64,000 bases of DNA, from positions 31,927-95,926 of the forward strand of contig JANMYO010000048.1 of assembly GCA_031382175.1 (NCBI GenBank), written 5' to 3'. The notes beneath the pieces were generated by a model, which was given only the letters and a program-made list of their open reading frames with translations, was not told where the DNA came from and did not search any database. The DNA comes from Bacteroidia bacterium (lineage in GTDB: Bacteria; Bacteroidota; Bacteroidia; Cytophagales; Cyclobacteriaceae). Made by a program: the position numbers and the translations under genes. This document shows, one piece after another, positions 1 through 8,900 of this stretch (position 1 is the first letter of the stretch; the number at the start of each line of letters is the position of its first letter).

Positions 1-1
1 C

Positions 2-14
2 AAAAAAGCTTTAG
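2..14 (+). promoter_or_regulatory. Programmed -1 frameshift site A AAA AAG joining orfA to orfB
   Basis: Bases 2-8 are AAAAAAG. In the frame read as A AAA AAG the next codons are CTT TAG, so orfA would end at 12-14. The -1 frame (AAA AAA GCT...) runs straight into the transposase core. This is the classic IS3 arrangement. Confidence 0.7.
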
Positions 15-823
15 CGCCTGACGAGAAAGGCAGTCTGGTTCAGTTCATGATCGAAGGACATGGAGTGAGCCAACGCCAGGCGTGTATTGCTTTAGACGTG
101 CCACGTAGTACCATTCAGTACACACCAAGACCAAAAGAGGATGGCGAGCTCATTGATCATCTCCAGGAGTTAGTGACTAAACATCCAGCCATTGGATTTT
201 GGAAGTGCTTCTACCGTATTCGTAAAAAAGGATTTCAATGGAACCATAAACGCGTTTATAGGGTCTATACAGCACTAAAATTGAACATTCGCAGGAGACA
301 TAAAAAGCGTCTGCCGGCACGCATCAAGCAGGCTTTATTTCAACCAGAAGCCATGAACCAAGTATGGTCAATTGATTACATGAATGACAGCCTGTGGGAT
401 GGAAGAAAATTTCGATTACTCAATGTAATTGATGATTACAATCGCGAAATACTAGCCATGGAAGCTGATCTTTCATTACCTGCTTTGCGGGTTATTCGGG
501 TACTGGAGTACTTGAGAGAATTTAGAGGTTTGCCACAAATGATTCGAGCTGATAACGGTCCTGAATTTATTTCTGATGCACTCCATCAGTGGTGTCGGGA
601 AAACAAGATTACATTGGCGTACATTCAGCCCGGTAAGCCAACACAAAATGCTTATGTGGAACGGTGCAATGGAAATATCCGTAGAGAGTTTTTGAATGCT
701 TCTATTTTTCAAACGCTCTCAGAGGTGCAAGAAAAAATGAACGATTGGATGTACGACTACAACCATCATCGACCACATCAGGCGCTTAATTTCAGAACAC
801 CTGTGGAATTATTAACTTTATGA
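2..823 (+). CDS. IS3-family transposase OrfB (DDE/rve integrase core), 5-prime partial
   Basis: The reading frame is open from base 2; KKALAPDEKGSLVQF precedes the first Met at 47. WSIDYM, RADNGPEF and YVERCNGNIRRE motifs match the DD(35)E core of IS3-family OrfB proteins. Confidence 0.9.
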   Translation, partial: KKALAPDEKGSLVQFMIEGHGVSQRQACIALDVPRSTIQYTPRPKEDGELIDHLQELVTKHPAIGFWKCFYRIRKKGFQWNHKRVYRVYTALKLNIRRRHKKRLPARIKQALFQPEAMNQVWSIDYMNDSLWDGRKFRLLNVIDDYNREILAMEADLSLPALRVIRVLEYLREFRGLPQMIRADNGPEFISDALHQWCRENKITLAYIQPGKPTQNAYVERCNGNIRREFLNASIFQTLSEVQEKMNDWMYDYNHHRPHQALNFRTPVELLTL

Positions 824-870
824 ACATCAAAAGTCAATTAATAGATGGCCCAACTTCAGGGAAGCTTACA

Positions 871-907
871 TCCTGACTCCTGACTTCTGTCTTTCCGACT
901 TCCCGTC
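871..907. repeat. Degenerate 7-8 nt word array
   Basis: Units are tcctgac tcctgac ttctgtc tttccgac ttcccgtc, directly after the presumed IS end. A second short array (cttggaa ctcgaaa cctgaaa) lies at 942-964. Confidence 0.6.
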
Positions 908-971
908 TTCAATTTTTCATCTCTCGAAAAGAAACCGGCAACTTGGAACTCGAAACCTGAAACAATACCTC

Positions 972-1730
972 CTACACCCCGCTATCCACCGCAGCAATAA
1001 CCAGGGCATTGAAGGCTCCGTTGCGCAAAGGATAAAGTGCCCCATTCACCTCCTGCTGGAATTCAATCCCAAAAGCAAGGAACAAAGGCTTGGTGCTGGC
1101 AGGCGTAACCGCTTGCGTCAGTGTCAAGGCCGGCAACGGTGCAGGAGATAATAGAAAGTTCGCACTTTGTGAAGTGCTGGCCACATAGGTTCCCTGTTCA
1201 AAATCAACCTCGGCCGCCCCGGCTATAAGTCGGAAATGAGTGGAGCCCGGAGGAGCTGCAATCATATTGGACGGAATAAATTCCGGGATGTCTACAGAGA
1301 GAGTTCCGCTGGTACGGTCAATGACAGAAGTATAAGGAGCAAAAAATGTTTTGTCCACCCTTCCATTCTCATTGAACTCAAATCCGCGAAGAAGCACCGC
1401 CTCGCCATCAATCACATTGCGTTTTCCGCGCGTGTTCGTGGCATCCGCCTGAATCACCTTCATCATCTGGCGGGTAAGCCGGCTGGCCATCCTGCCATCC
1501 GCTACAGTGAGGATCAACGTGCGCAGTGCCGTGCGCAATAACTTACTGGAAGCCCCGGCTCGCCCAAACTCTTCTCCGTTTTCACGGGTGCGGGCAAAGG
1601 CCGGATCATTTTTAATACGCTCCCCATCCACTCCGCTCTTTAGCCGGACGAGGTGCCCATCCTGGGACTTATAGAAGGAGATGCCCCCCATCTGTCCCGT
1701 CAACTTGATAACGCCATCTTGTCGCGCCAT
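972..1730 (-). CDS. Hypothetical protein (252 aa), no family recognised with confidence
   Basis: Long uninterrupted ORF with an ATG start. By eye it is much more G+C-rich than its flanks. It is bounded on both sides by word-repeat arrays and lies next to an IS3 end. Confidence 0.6.
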   Translation of the reverse strand: MARQDGVIKLTGQMGGISFYKSQDGHLVRLKSGVDGERIKNDPAFARTRENGEEFGRAGASSKLLRTALRTLILTVADGRMASRLTRQMMKVIQADATNTRGKRNVIDGEAVLLRGFEFNENGRVDKTFFAPYTSVIDRTSGTLSVDIPEFIPSNMIAAPPGSTHFRLIAGAAEVDFEQGTYVASTSQSANFLLSPAPLPALTLTQAVTPASTKPLFLAFGIEFQQEVNGALYPLRNGAFNALVIAAVDSGV

Positions 1731-1935
1731 AAATTAAATTGTTTAATTGGTCCACCCTGTTTGTTCAGGCACAGGTTGGATAAGCCTTCGCTGCAGCGTA
1801 AGCCAAACATAAAAGGAGTGGCGATAAAAAAGGAAGACGCGCTTCCGCAAGTGGTCATCAACGTTCCCTTATTCCGCTACGACCGAAATCGTTCAAAGTT
1901 GAAATTTTCAACACTTCATTCCGCATTCATTTCTT

Positions 1936-1983
1936 AATCTTTCAATTTTCAAATCTTCAAATTTTCAAATCTTCTAATCCATC
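1936..1983. repeat. Six phase-locked 8-nt units containing a solo copy of the four-helix-bundle cassette terminal repeat
   Basis: Units are aatctttc aattttca aatcttca aattttca aatcttct aatccatc. The 15-mer tcaaattttcaaatc at 1957-1971 is identical to 53057-53071 and to the reverse complement of 52681-52695. Confidence 0.85.
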
Positions 1984-1998
1984 TTCCCCAGGTCTTAA

Positions 1999-2029
1999 GC
2001 ATAGATAAAGCGTAGATAAAGCATAGGGA
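1999..2029. repeat. Tandem 11-nt repeat, about 2.8 copies
   Basis: The copies gcatagataaa gcgtagataaa gcataggga can be read directly. Confidence 0.7.
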
Positions 2030-2053
2030 GTGTATGAAAAAAAATGATACGAA

Positions 2054-2289
2054 ATTGCGAGCACCTGGGTTGGATATGCGCTGGAGCGAAGCAATCCCCT
2101 AATGTTGAAGACCGATGTTAATTTGGTTTTTCAAACCTCCATGCCAATTAACAACGGATATCAAAATAATCACACGTCAATTGCGACCCCGATAGCTATC
2201 GGGGGAAGCAATCCCATAATGTTGCGGGATCACTACCAAGGGCAAGCCCTCTAAATTGTCAAGGTCATTTCGAGTGTGAGCGAGAAATC
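2054..2289. repeat. Cluster of Bacteroidota-type intergenic palindromic repeats
   Basis: A 20-mer, gaagcaatccc(c/a)taatgttg, occurs at 2088-2107 and 2205-2224 with 1 mismatch. Each copy is preceded by an attgcga...gcaat hairpin. The second hairpin carries the perfect 18-nt palindrome ccccgatagctatcgggg (2187-2204). A gtcatttcgagtgtgagcgagaaatc hairpin-like element lies at 2264-2289. Confidence 0.7.
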
Positions 2290-2436
2290 TAACAGATAGC
2301 TTTCCACGGATTGCTTAAGAAATTTACTTCCTGGATTTTGAGAGCTGATCAATTGAATGGAAAACGATTGTGCGATGAGAAGGGTATGAAAATTTAGATT
2401 TATTAGCCACCTTCACAACAATAACAAGTGAGCTGA

Positions 2437-3018
2437 ATGAAGGTTTACAACTCCATAAAAAGGGCAATAGATTTTTTAATGGCAATACTTTTACTGACGT
2501 TGCTTTCGGGGTGGCTCATCCTGATGATGTTGACGTATTGGCTGTTGGGGGAACATCCCATTTTTTTTAAGAGTTGGCGCAGTGGAAAAAACAAAGCTCC
2601 TTTTTGGATGCTGAAATTCAGAACCCTTTCAACGGATGAAAAAAAACCATTACACGAAAGACGATTCCTCATGGGCAACTTCCTACGCAAAACAAACCTG
2701 GATGAATTGCCACAGTTATGGAATGTTCTGAAAGGGGAGATGTCGCTTATTGGGCCTCGGCCTCTGCCGGTAGAGTATACATCATTACTTTCGGAAGAGC
2801 AAAGTAAAAGATATGAGGTAAAACCCGGCATCACAGGCTGGGCCCAGGTAAACGACAGACACTCTATTTCATGGCAAAAGAAATTTGAATTGGATAACGA
2901 TTACATTAGGAATGTTTCTTTTGGCTTTGATCTTCTCATACTTTTAAAAACCATTGTATTACTTTTATCCTTTCGAAAAGATAATTCTCTGGTGGAAGAA
3001 AAATTCAAAGGCAATTGA
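2437..3018 (+). CDS. Undecaprenyl-phosphate sugar phosphotransferase, small PglC/WbaP-C-terminal type
   Basis: There is a single N-terminal TM segment. The DELPQLWNVLKGEMSLIGPRP and KPGITGWAQV motifs are those of the bacterial sugar transferase family. Confidence 0.85.
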   Translation: MKVYNSIKRAIDFLMAILLLTLLSGWLILMMLTYWLLGEHPIFFKSWRSGKNKAPFWMLKFRTLSTDEKKPLHERRFLMGNFLRKTNLDELPQLWNVLKGEMSLIGPRPLPVEYTSLLSEEQSKRYEVKPGITGWAQVNDRHSISWQKKFELDNDYIRNVSFGFDLLILLKTIVLLLSFRKDNSLVEEKFKGN

Positions 3019-3659
3019 AAGAAGACATCGCAATCTATGGGGCGGGCGGACTGGGCCGCGAATTGGCACTGATGATTCAACAAATCAATGCGGTGCAGGA
3101 GCGATGGAACATCATCGGATTTTTTGATGATGGACTAAAGCAAAATGACAACATTGATAATTGGAAAATTATAGGCGGACTAACCGAAGCGTGTCAATGG
3201 AATCAGCCGCTGGCAATAGTAATAGCGATCGCAGATCCTCATGTTCGGGTTGCGTTAGTGAAACAGTTAGTAAATCCAAAGCTGAGATTCCCAACCTTAA
3301 TTCATCCAACGTGCAATAGGGGAGATGAGCAGAGGAATCATATCGGTAAAGGAGTAATCCTTACATCCAATGTGATACTGACAACGAATGTGAGATTGGA
3401 AGACTTTGTTATCATTAACCTGAGCACCACCATCGGTCACGATGTAACCATTGGAGCAGGTTCATCCATCATGCCGGGGTGTAGCATTTCAGGGAATGTA
3501 AAAATAGGAGCAAGATGCCTGATCGGTACGGGAGCTCGCTTCTTACAAAACATTTCCATTGGGGAGGATAGTATCATCGGGGCAGGAGCAGTAGTAACGA
3601 AGGACTTCGGGCCCAACAACAAGATCATAGGGGTGCCGGCAAGGAAGGTTGCAAAATGA
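3015..3659 (+). CDS. NeuD/PglD-family sugar N-acetyltransferase (left-handed beta-helix)
   Basis: An N-terminal IAIYGAGGLGRE Rossmann-like segment is followed by hexapeptide repeats (IGAGSSI, IGARCLIGTGA, IGEDSIIGAGAVV). The TTG start overlaps the upstream stop (TTGA). Confidence 0.8.
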   Translation: MKEDIAIYGAGGLGRELALMIQQINAVQERWNIIGFFDDGLKQNDNIDNWKIIGGLTEACQWNQPLAIVIAIADPHVRVALVKQLVNPKLRFPTLIHPTCNRGDEQRNHIGKGVILTSNVILTTNVRLEDFVIINLSTTIGHDVTIGAGSSIMPGCSISGNVKIGARCLIGTGARFLQNISIGEDSIIGAGAVVTKDFGPNNKIIGVPARKVAK

Positions 3660-4204
3660 ATTGGAAAGAAAATCGCCCGGCTTTAAAGTTTCTGGGTTTA
3701 TTCCTGGGAGTGTACGGGATCGGCAACCTCCTCTATGGCTTCTACATAGAATACAACTACCCGCGGGTAGATCAAATGACACAGTGGGTATCCAAACAAT
3801 CGTCATGGCTTATCAATCTGCTATCGGATGTGGAAACTACTTCCGTGTTGAGTACCTCAAGTCCCATCACCCTGATGGTGGAAAACGGAAAAACAGTGCT
3901 CCGCATTTACGAAGGGTGCAATGGTATCAATGTCATGATTGTATTCATCGCCTTCATCATGTCGTTTGGCGGCCTCACCAAAAGAGGAACATTATTCATG
4001 TCCGGAGGAGTGCTGACAATTCATTTGGCAAACGTGATTAGAATCGCGCTGTTGTTTTGGGTAGCAAAGCATCATGAAACATGGTTCTATTATGTTCATA
4101 AATATATTTTCACGGCCGCGCTGTACGTGATTGTGCTGCTGCTGTGGTGGGTGTGGGTGTCCAAAATGATAAAGACAAATGACCGTGCCAAACAACAAAC
4201 TTGA
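3656..4204 (+). CDS. xrtF: Exosortase family protein XrtF
   Basis: A 182-aa polytopic membrane protein. It has the exosortase catalytic-type Cys in YEGCNGINV (Cys codon 3917-3919), an Arg in LANVIRIALL and downstream His residues. Its size and its pairing with the next gene match the Bacteroidota XrtF system. The start overlaps the previous stop (ATGA). Confidence 0.75.
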   Translation: MNWKENRPALKFLGLFLGVYGIGNLLYGFYIEYNYPRVDQMTQWVSKQSSWLINLLSDVETTSVLSTSSPITLMVENGKTVLRIYEGCNGINVMIVFIAFIMSFGGLTKRGTLFMSGGVLTIHLANVIRIALLFWVAKHHETWFYYVHKYIFTAALYVIVLLLWWVWVSKMIKTNDRAKQQT

Positions 4205-4625
4205 TACACGAACCGTGCTGATGCTAATCGCAGGGCTGATCGGCCTGGCACTGGTCTATGTTTTTCAGCGATTCAATTACGGCCAGCTCCTGCTGCAGGT
4301 ATTGGGAATTGAAGCAGGAGAAAATGTAATATTCATTGTGAACAAGACACTGCGCTTGCTGGTGAATGATACCATCGGCTGCCTGATGATTTTTGCTGTC
4401 TTCAAAGAGAGAAAGGAACGACAAATTGCAATGGTGATTTTTTTGGTAGAATTGTTGGTGATTTTACCCGCCTATCTGATCATGAAATTAACATGGGAGG
4501 GAAGCAGTGAAATTTCCTCTCCTTTGCTCTCCTTCATCCACCGCCTGGTGGTCAATCCAACATTGATGGTAATAACCGGAATAGCCCTGGCCTATCAGAA
4601 ATTTGTGTACCCCAATCATAACTGA
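4179..4625 (+). CDS. Exosortase F system-associated membrane protein
   Basis: A 148-aa multi-TM protein that overlaps the xrtF 3-prime end, the arrangement reported for the XrtF partner family. The start could instead be the Met at 4221. Confidence 0.6.
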   Translation: MTVPNNKLDTRTVLMLIAGLIGLALVYVFQRFNYGQLLLQVLGIEAGENVIFIVNKTLRLLVNDTIGCLMIFAVFKERKERQIAMVIFLVELLVILPAYLIMKLTWEGSSEISSPLLSFIHRLVVNPTLMVITGIALAYQKFVYPNHN

Positions 4626-4744
4626 TGTTACACAGGTATTGTCAGCCTGAGGCCCTCGAAGGCGATTTAGCATATGGTTATCAGTTTTCGTCCCGATAGC
4701 TATCGCGATCAAACTGACAGATTCATTAGTTTTGCGTAACATCA
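4623..4744. repeat. About 120-nt nested inverted-repeat element in the xrtF-partner / aminotransferase spacer
   Basis: The outer 9-bp arms are tgatgttac (4623-4631) and gtaacatca (4736-4744). Inner arms are tgtcag/ctgaca and tcagttt/aaactga. The core is the 12-nt palindrome cgatagctatcg (4694-4705), also seen at 2189-2202 and 40584-40597. Confidence 0.6.
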
Positions 4745-4758
4745 CTTCATAATGTATA

Positions 4759-5874
4759 ATGGCTCAAATTTCAGTACCACTTTCATATTCAAAAATTGCC
4801 GGTGAGGAATTGCTGCGCGTTTTGGCAGAGTGGGAGGGCAAATCCCATGAAGAACTGATTAAGGCATTTGAAAATAAAATAGCTGAAATAACCACCAGCC
4901 CATTTGCCGTGGCGCTCAACTCGGGCACAGCCTCCATCCACTTAGCCTTGAGGATGCTAGGTGTATCAACCGGTGATATCGTTCCTGTATCTAACTTTAC
5001 CTATGTAGGATCAGTAAGTCCCATTTTTTATTTAGGAGCCCGGCCTGCATTGATTGATAGCGAAGCGGAGACTTGGAATATGGATCCCGGATTATTGGAG
5101 ACCTGCCTCAGAGATTTATCCTCCCAAAAAAGATTGCCAAAGGCTATCATCGTGGTGCATGCATATGGAATGCCTGCAAAAATGGAAGAGATTGTTGCGA
5201 TTGCAAAGGCCTTCGGTATACCCATCATTGAAGATGCGGCCGAAGCGCTCGGTGCAAAATACAAGGGCCAGGTTACTGGTAGCTTGGGAGAAATTGGCGT
5301 TTTGTCCTTCAATAGCAATAAATCAATAACAACATTTGGCGGTGGCGCATTGTTGACCAAATCCAGGGAAGTATATGAGAAAGCAAAATTTCTGGCTACC
5401 CAGGCACGGGAAGACCGACCGTTTTATGAGCATAAAGAAGTAGGGTATAACTACCGGATGAGTCCTTTGAATGCTGCTTATGGGTTAGCGCAATTAGGGA
5501 AAATGTCCCAAATAATTGAGGAGAGGAGGGCAACTTTTGAACAGTACAGAAAAAACTTGAAGTCACCAGAAATTGGCTTTTTAGACGAACCGGAGCACTT
5601 TTTCTCGAGCCGTTGGCTTTCCACAGTTCTTTTGGGGCCAAAGCATGATCCAGTATCAATCCAGTCAAAACTTAGTGAAGCAGGCATTGAAACCCGCCCG
5701 CTGTGGAATCCAATGCACTGTCAGCCTGCGTTTATAAAGGAAATAGCCTACAAGAGCGGAGTAGCGGAGCAACTTTTCAGGAGAGGATTGTGCTTACCCT
5801 CTGGAGAAAATTTATCGCGTGAGGCACAGGAAAAAGTAATCGTGGAGTTGCAGAGAAGTTTGGGTTACAAATGA
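4759..5874 (+). CDS. DegT/DnrJ/EryC1/StrS-family PLP-dependent sugar aminotransferase (PglE-like)
   Basis: The ALNSGTASIHLAL and IIEDAAEALGA motifs are present, with the PLP-lysine context SFNSNKSITTFGGGALL. Confidence 0.85.
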   Translation: MAQISVPLSYSKIAGEELLRVLAEWEGKSHEELIKAFENKIAEITTSPFAVALNSGTASIHLALRMLGVSTGDIVPVSNFTYVGSVSPIFYLGARPALIDSEAETWNMDPGLLETCLRDLSSQKRLPKAIIVVHAYGMPAKMEEIVAIAKAFGIPIIEDAAEALGAKYKGQVTGSLGEIGVLSFNSNKSITTFGGGALLTKSREVYEKAKFLATQAREDRPFYEHKEVGYNYRMSPLNAAYGLAQLGKMSQIIEERRATFEQYRKNLKSPEIGFLDEPEHFFSSRWLSTVLLGPKHDPVSIQSKLSEAGIETRPLWNPMHCQPAFIKEIAYKSGVAEQLFRRGLCLPSGENLSREAQEKVIVELQRSLGYK

Positions 5875-5915
5875 GTTTTATAGGGCATTTAAAGTGATTT
5901 AGAGTGGTAATTTAT

Positions 5916-5923
5916 TACTTTTG
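5916..5923 (+). promoter_or_regulatory. Candidate Bacteroidota -7 promoter box (TAnnTTTG)
   Basis: TACTTTTG lies 28 nt upstream of the ATG at 5951. No clear -33 TTG was found. Confidence 0.35.
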
Positions 5924-5950
5924 TTAAAACTGCAGAAATTGAACTTTAAG

Positions 5951-8900
5951 ATGGGAAAGCTAATCGTGTTACTCCTGTTACTTCCAGCGATGGTAATGGC
6001 TCAGGACGGAGACTACAGATCGAGGCAAACGGGTAATTGGGCTACTGCCACAACATGGCAAGTGCGTGTGAGCGGAGTTTTCCAGAATCTTGAAACGGCA
6101 GCGGCAATACCCTATCAAAATGTCATCCCCCAAACTTCCGCCAGCCCTGCCACTGGTGTTATAACAATCTCAAATAACGTTACCGTATCAACTGCAATAA
6201 CGGCTGATCAAGTCACAATTACAGCCAACACCCTTACCATTTCAGGTGCAGGAGTATTGACCATCGCAGATGGAAGCGGAGATGATCTAACTCTTTCGGG
6301 TGGAGCAATATCGGTAACCACAGGCGTATTGGTTATCAATGCAGGAGCAACCTACAATCATGCGCGCAATGGAGGAACCATTCCTCTGGCAACCTGGAAC
6401 ACAGGGTCAACCTGTTTGGTAACAGGGATCGCTGGTACCTCGCCAACGTTGAATGCATTGAGCAGCTATCAGAATTTTACCTGGAATTGCCCTGGACAAA
6501 CAGCTACGATTACCCTCGCCAGCAACCTGCGGGATGTTAATGTGAATTTAAGTATTGAAGATACAAATGATCAGCAGCTACGGTTTGGAACAGCAACTGC
6601 CTACACGCTGAATATCGATGGTGATTTTAATGTCACAGGCAACTCGCGGATAGCCTTTGGTACAACGGCTGCTGCTGTAGTAATCAACCTGCTGGGTTCA
6701 TTCGATTTCTCATCAACTGCTGTTACGGCATCCTTACTAAAGTCCTCAGGTTCGTATACTTTTAATGTTGGTGCCGATTTTTCGGTGACTTCAGGGTTAT
6801 TGACAATGTCAACCGGAAATAATGCGGGTACCGTCAATGTAGGAGGAGATTTTTCGCAACTCCCAAGTACAATTACTGAAACAGGTGGAGGAAGCGGTGC
6901 TTTTGTTTTCAACGGCAGTGTTTCTCAAAGCCTAAATTCAACCGGTACAATCTCAAGTACCATCAATTTTCAAGTGAACAATGCTGCCGGTGTTGTTCTC
7001 AACTCACCATTCTCTTTTCCTGGGGCGCTAACGCAAACGCTGGGAGATATTGACCTTAATAACAACATTGTTACCCTCAATGGAAATTTTAGCCGAGTAA
7101 GTGGAAATTTGATTTTAAGCCCCTCAGTAGAGTTAATAATTCAAGGCGCTGGAACATTACCGGCATCAGTAAGCTTCAGCGGAACAGATTTATCCAGACT
7201 TGAAATGAACAGGGCAGCAACGACACTGACAACGAGCAGTAATTTTACAGTGACAACGTTAAATCTTCTAAATGGTACGGTGACGCATAGTGGTACATTG
7301 ACCATAGCGGATGGGGGAACTATTGAAAGAAGAAGTGGAAGCATAACAAACGCCCCTGCAGCAGCCAATGTCTACAATGTCTTATACAGCAATACAGGAG
7401 CAATTAATACAGGGCCTGAACTTCCTGCCTCAGCAACAACACTAAACAACCTGACCAAGCAAGGGGCTGGTACCGCTACATTGAATCAAGCTTTAGTTAC
7501 TATTAACGGCAACTTCACAACAGTGGCTGCCGGAGGAACATTTGCAATGGCTGCAAATAGCATCTCTTTGGCTGGTAACTTCACCAGCGCTGCTGCCTTG
7601 ACAGCTACCACTGCATCAGCATCTACATTCACTATTACTGGCAATTGTGTGCTTACAAGTACAACTACACCTCAAGTCAATAATCTGGTAGTAACCGGAA
7701 CATTAACCCCTGCCGGAACGGGCAACTACAGAGTAAATGGAAACTATACCGTCAATCCGGCTGCAACAGTCAATGCTGGTGTGGGTACGGTAACCTTCGG
7801 TGGTACAACCGTGGTGACAAATAATGGAACCATGAATTTGCGTAACGTGACCTTTGGTGCTGCTGCCAACACAATGACTGCGCCTGTCACAACCATGGGA
7901 ATTGCCGGCAACTTTACATCAAACGGAGTATTCACCAATGGGGGAGGCACCATTTTATTCAATGGAACTACAGCCCTTTCTGCAGCAGAAGTATATAATA
8001 ACATCACGATATCAGGTACGGTTACCAGCGCGAATGTGGGACAGACAGTTGCAGGAAATATGATCAATAACGGATCCTTCAATATTGGCACGGGTAATTT
8101 GACGTGGTCTGGAAGCGGAACGTTGTCGGGGACAGGCACTACTACGGTTGCAGATGTCAACGTAAGCGGAACATCGTTCACCTACACAGCATCCGGGAAT
8201 TTGACGCTGAACGATGATATTTTAGGTGCAGGAAGTTTTGACTCATCAGGATCGTCAGGTACTGTAATTTTTGCGGGAGGTGCATCTTCCATTGCGGCAG
8301 GTGGAGCAAGAACGCTCAGAAGCATTTCAGTGACGGGTACTTTTACACCTGCAACTACCTACACGTTAGTTGGTGTGGGTGGGTTGGATGTTACAGGAAC
8401 GCTAGCCTCTGGAGGTACTATTGTATTTGGAGGAACTACCCAAACCATTACGGGGTCCAGCAATGCTATTGCCTTCAATACATTTACTACCAATGTGGGT
8501 TCAATTCTCTCCATTACACCTAACATTACCATTAACGGAAATTTAGCGGGCGCAGGAAGTATTACATCCGCAGGCACAATCACTTTTGTGGGCCTTACCA
8601 TGTCGGGTACAGGCACGAAGAACTTTACAAATGTTACGGTAGGAGCAGGGACATTTACCCCAAATGCTAATTACACCATCACAGGGAATCTTGTTGTAAC
8701 AGGAACACTGGCAGCCGGTAATGCAACCACTACTTTTGGTGGTACAACCCTTATTACAGGGACACCGACTTTCAATAATGTGATTATCACAAACACACTA
8801 ATATCTTCCACCGGTACGATTACTATGGTTGGGAATTTTACGAACAATGGAACCTTTAATCATAATTCCGGAACGGTTGCCTTCAGTGCGGCTGCAGGGG

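Larger units (their letters stand above)
1..869 (+). mobile_element. IS3-family insertion sequence, right-hand portion (left end lies upstream of the window)
   Basis: OrfB-type DDE transposase frame is open to base 2. An A6G slippery heptamer lies at 2-8, and the alternative frame closes at TAG 12-14. The non-coding tail after the stop at 823 ends in CTTACA at about 869. The right boundary is approximate because the left inverted repeat is not visible. Confidence 0.75.

Noticed and set aside
1236-1937. 101-aa and 94-aa plus-strand ORFs
   Set aside because: They are antisense to, or run out of, the G+C-rich orphan gene. High G+C generates long spurious reverse frames.
1999-2029. Possible CRISPR or other spaced repeat array in the 700-nt intergenic region
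   Set aside because: There are only about 2.8 directly abutting 11-nt copies, with no spacers and no cas genes. The neighbouring repeats are hairpin and word repeats, not a CRISPR array.
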